64,000 nt of DNA from the human T2T-CHM13v2.0 reference genome, Homo sapiens. Positions 58,373-64,000 of this stretch are shown here, in pieces. The first letter of the stretch is position 1. Every line of letters begins with the position of its first letter. The stretch lies in the NCBI RefSeq assembly GCF_009914755.1, contig NC_060938.1; one strand, written 5' to 3'. The notes below the pieces were generated by a model that saw only the letters and a list, made by a program, of their open reading frames with translations, was not told the DNA's origin and made no database searches. Both the position numbers and the translations under genes were made by a program.

Positions 58373-59779
58373 TGGCTTTTGAAATGGCGATCAAAGATTA
58401 TACAATTAAGAAAGATTGCTCATTAGGCAATGATGTCTCTGAAAGAATTATTAAGATTGCTTAGCTGGGAACAAAAATTACATTAACATGAAAGAAGCTG
58501 CCTTTTTAAAAAAGTACAGAGGTATGTGTATGTGAAAATTGATGTATACGTGTCAGCACATAACCATTTTTGTGTGGATTACCTTCAAGATTTTCTATTT
58601 CTTCCCTTTGTATATGTGAGAGCTATAAATTCATCAATGAAAAATGATAAATCTCAATATAATTCTGATAGCTGGAGGATAGTGTATTTTCAGGTTTGCT
58701 GGAGGAAAAAAACTGGACTTTAAATAATTAAGCCAAAATAATTGTATTAATTAACTTCTATCCTTAATCACTAATTTCATTTTTTATATTTCCCTTGACT
58801 TTTGGGGGAGAAATAGTCTTTGTCTCAAAAGTGGGCTTTAGTGACCTATGGGTTTGATAAAGCAACCAGAGATAACGAGACACAAGGATATTTAAATGGC
58901 AACATGCCAGCAATTATTATTAGTTAATTGGAAGCTTTTATGATTTTGGCCTGGGGCCAATGCTTTTCCCCTCTGCTGGGCTATAAAGTGGGTAAGGGAG
59001 AGGAAAAGCTTTGTTTCACTTTTTAAATAAAAGTATTAAGTAACTTTGAAATTTTTATAAAATTAAAAGATAGTAAAAACAACTATTCTAACTGAATTCA
59101 AAACCTGTTATGCTTCAGTGGAGAGATTATTCAAGACAAGTCCATTTGAAATTGGGAGTAAATTTCTACTGGTGAAGTTTGTCAGTGATAGCTATGCACT
59201 TCTGACAAAATACGAAATGGGGGGTATGGGCATGTCATATCATCATGGTGCAGATACGTGGATGTGTGCTTCCAAACAATGGCAACCTAACTCACTGTGT
59301 TGGAACCATATAAAATATCTGAGACTACTCAAAAAGAAGGTGAAAATTGTATGCAAAAATATATTTGAAAAATATTGAGCTAATATAACACGAATGGGGA
59401 ATTATATGTGAGGTATTGTAACTCATCTACAGATGTGTTTTTTGTAATCAATATTTACGGACTCAGACTACACTATAAAAGCTTACATAGAAATCATGCT
59501 ATATAAACTTTCCAAATATGAAAGTAACATATGCGTTTTACTACTGTATCTTTTTTTTTGTTTTGTTTTTTTTAATTATACTTTAAGTTTTAGGGTACAT
59601 GTGCACATTGTGCAGGTTAGTTACATATGTATACATGTGCCATGCTGGTGCGCTGCACCCACTAACGTGTCATCTAGCATTAGGTATATCTCCCAATGCT
59701 ATCCCTCCCCGCTCCCCCGACCCCACCACAGTCCCCAGAGTGTGATATTCCCCTTCCTGTGTCCATGTGATCTCATTGT

Positions 59780-63635
<3,856 letters not shown>

Positions 63636-63671
63636 TTAGTTGATGCAGTTTCTTCCTAGTCTCGATGGTCT

Positions 63672-64000
63672 TTACATTTTGGCATGATTTTGCAGCGGCT
63701 GGTACCGGTTGTTCCTTTCTATGTTTAGCGCTTCCTTCAGGAGCTCTTTTAGGGCAGGCCTGGTGGTGACAAAATCTCTCAGCATTTGCTTGTCTATAAA
63801 GTATTTTATTTCTCCTTCACTTATGAAGCTTAGTTTGGCTGGATATGAAATTCTGGGTTGAAAATTCTTTTCTTTAAGAATGTTGGATATTGGTCCCCAC
63901 TCTCTTCTGGCTTGTAGGGTTTCTGCCGAGAGATCCGCTGTTAGTCTGATGGGCTTTCCTTTCAGGGTAACCCGACCTTTCTCTCTGGCTGCCCTTAACA
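63672..64000 (-). CDS. ORF1: L1 ORF1 C-terminal part (5' end outside window)
   Basis: Ends ...YQPLQNHAKM-TAA; intactness of the upstream part cannot be seen. Confidence 0.85.
   Translation of the reverse strand, partial: LRAAREKGRVTLKGKPIRLTADLSAETLQARREWGPISNILKEKNFQPRISYPAKLSFISEGEIKYFIDKQMLRDFVTTRPALKELLKEALNIERNNRYQPLQNHAKM

Noticed and set aside
58985-59550. Unique, 3'UTR-like sequence after the L1 tail as a 3' transduction or retrocopy
   Set aside because: No second poly(A) on the L1 strand and no parent gene recognised; a BLASTn would settle it

Overview
Primate, almost certainly human, genomic DNA with no intact protein-coding gene. About 5,500-39,695 is a 34-kb OR7E-type segmental-duplication cassette. 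It contains SATR1/SATR2-family satellite (76-bp and 63-bp palindromic monomers, GC/CpG-rich variant blocks, AT-rich spacers), an LTR-less gag-pro-pol fragment of a class I ERV (HERV-E-like, ~13,540-17,551), and three olfactory receptor 7E pseudogenes (one + strand, one - strand, one 3' fragment). The cassette is internally rearranged: 34,678-39,690 reads as an inverted paralog of 9,545-25,048 lacking ~10.6 kb. Several junctions, including both cassette ends, fall at or next to the dyad axis of a satellite monomer, and a candidate 6-8 bp target-site duplication flanks the whole cassette. The flanks are ordinary repeat-rich DNA (Alu, old L1, L2, MIR, MER58, Hsmar1 end, ERVL LTRs). The window ends inside a young minus-strand L1 (ACG/A 3'UTR type) whose ORF2 carries one frameshift and one nonsense codon. 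The 7E/SATR duplicon family is already known; the potentially new content is the junction-level architecture, which was read by eye and needs alignment. Repeat subfamily names are from memory and boundaries are approximate.
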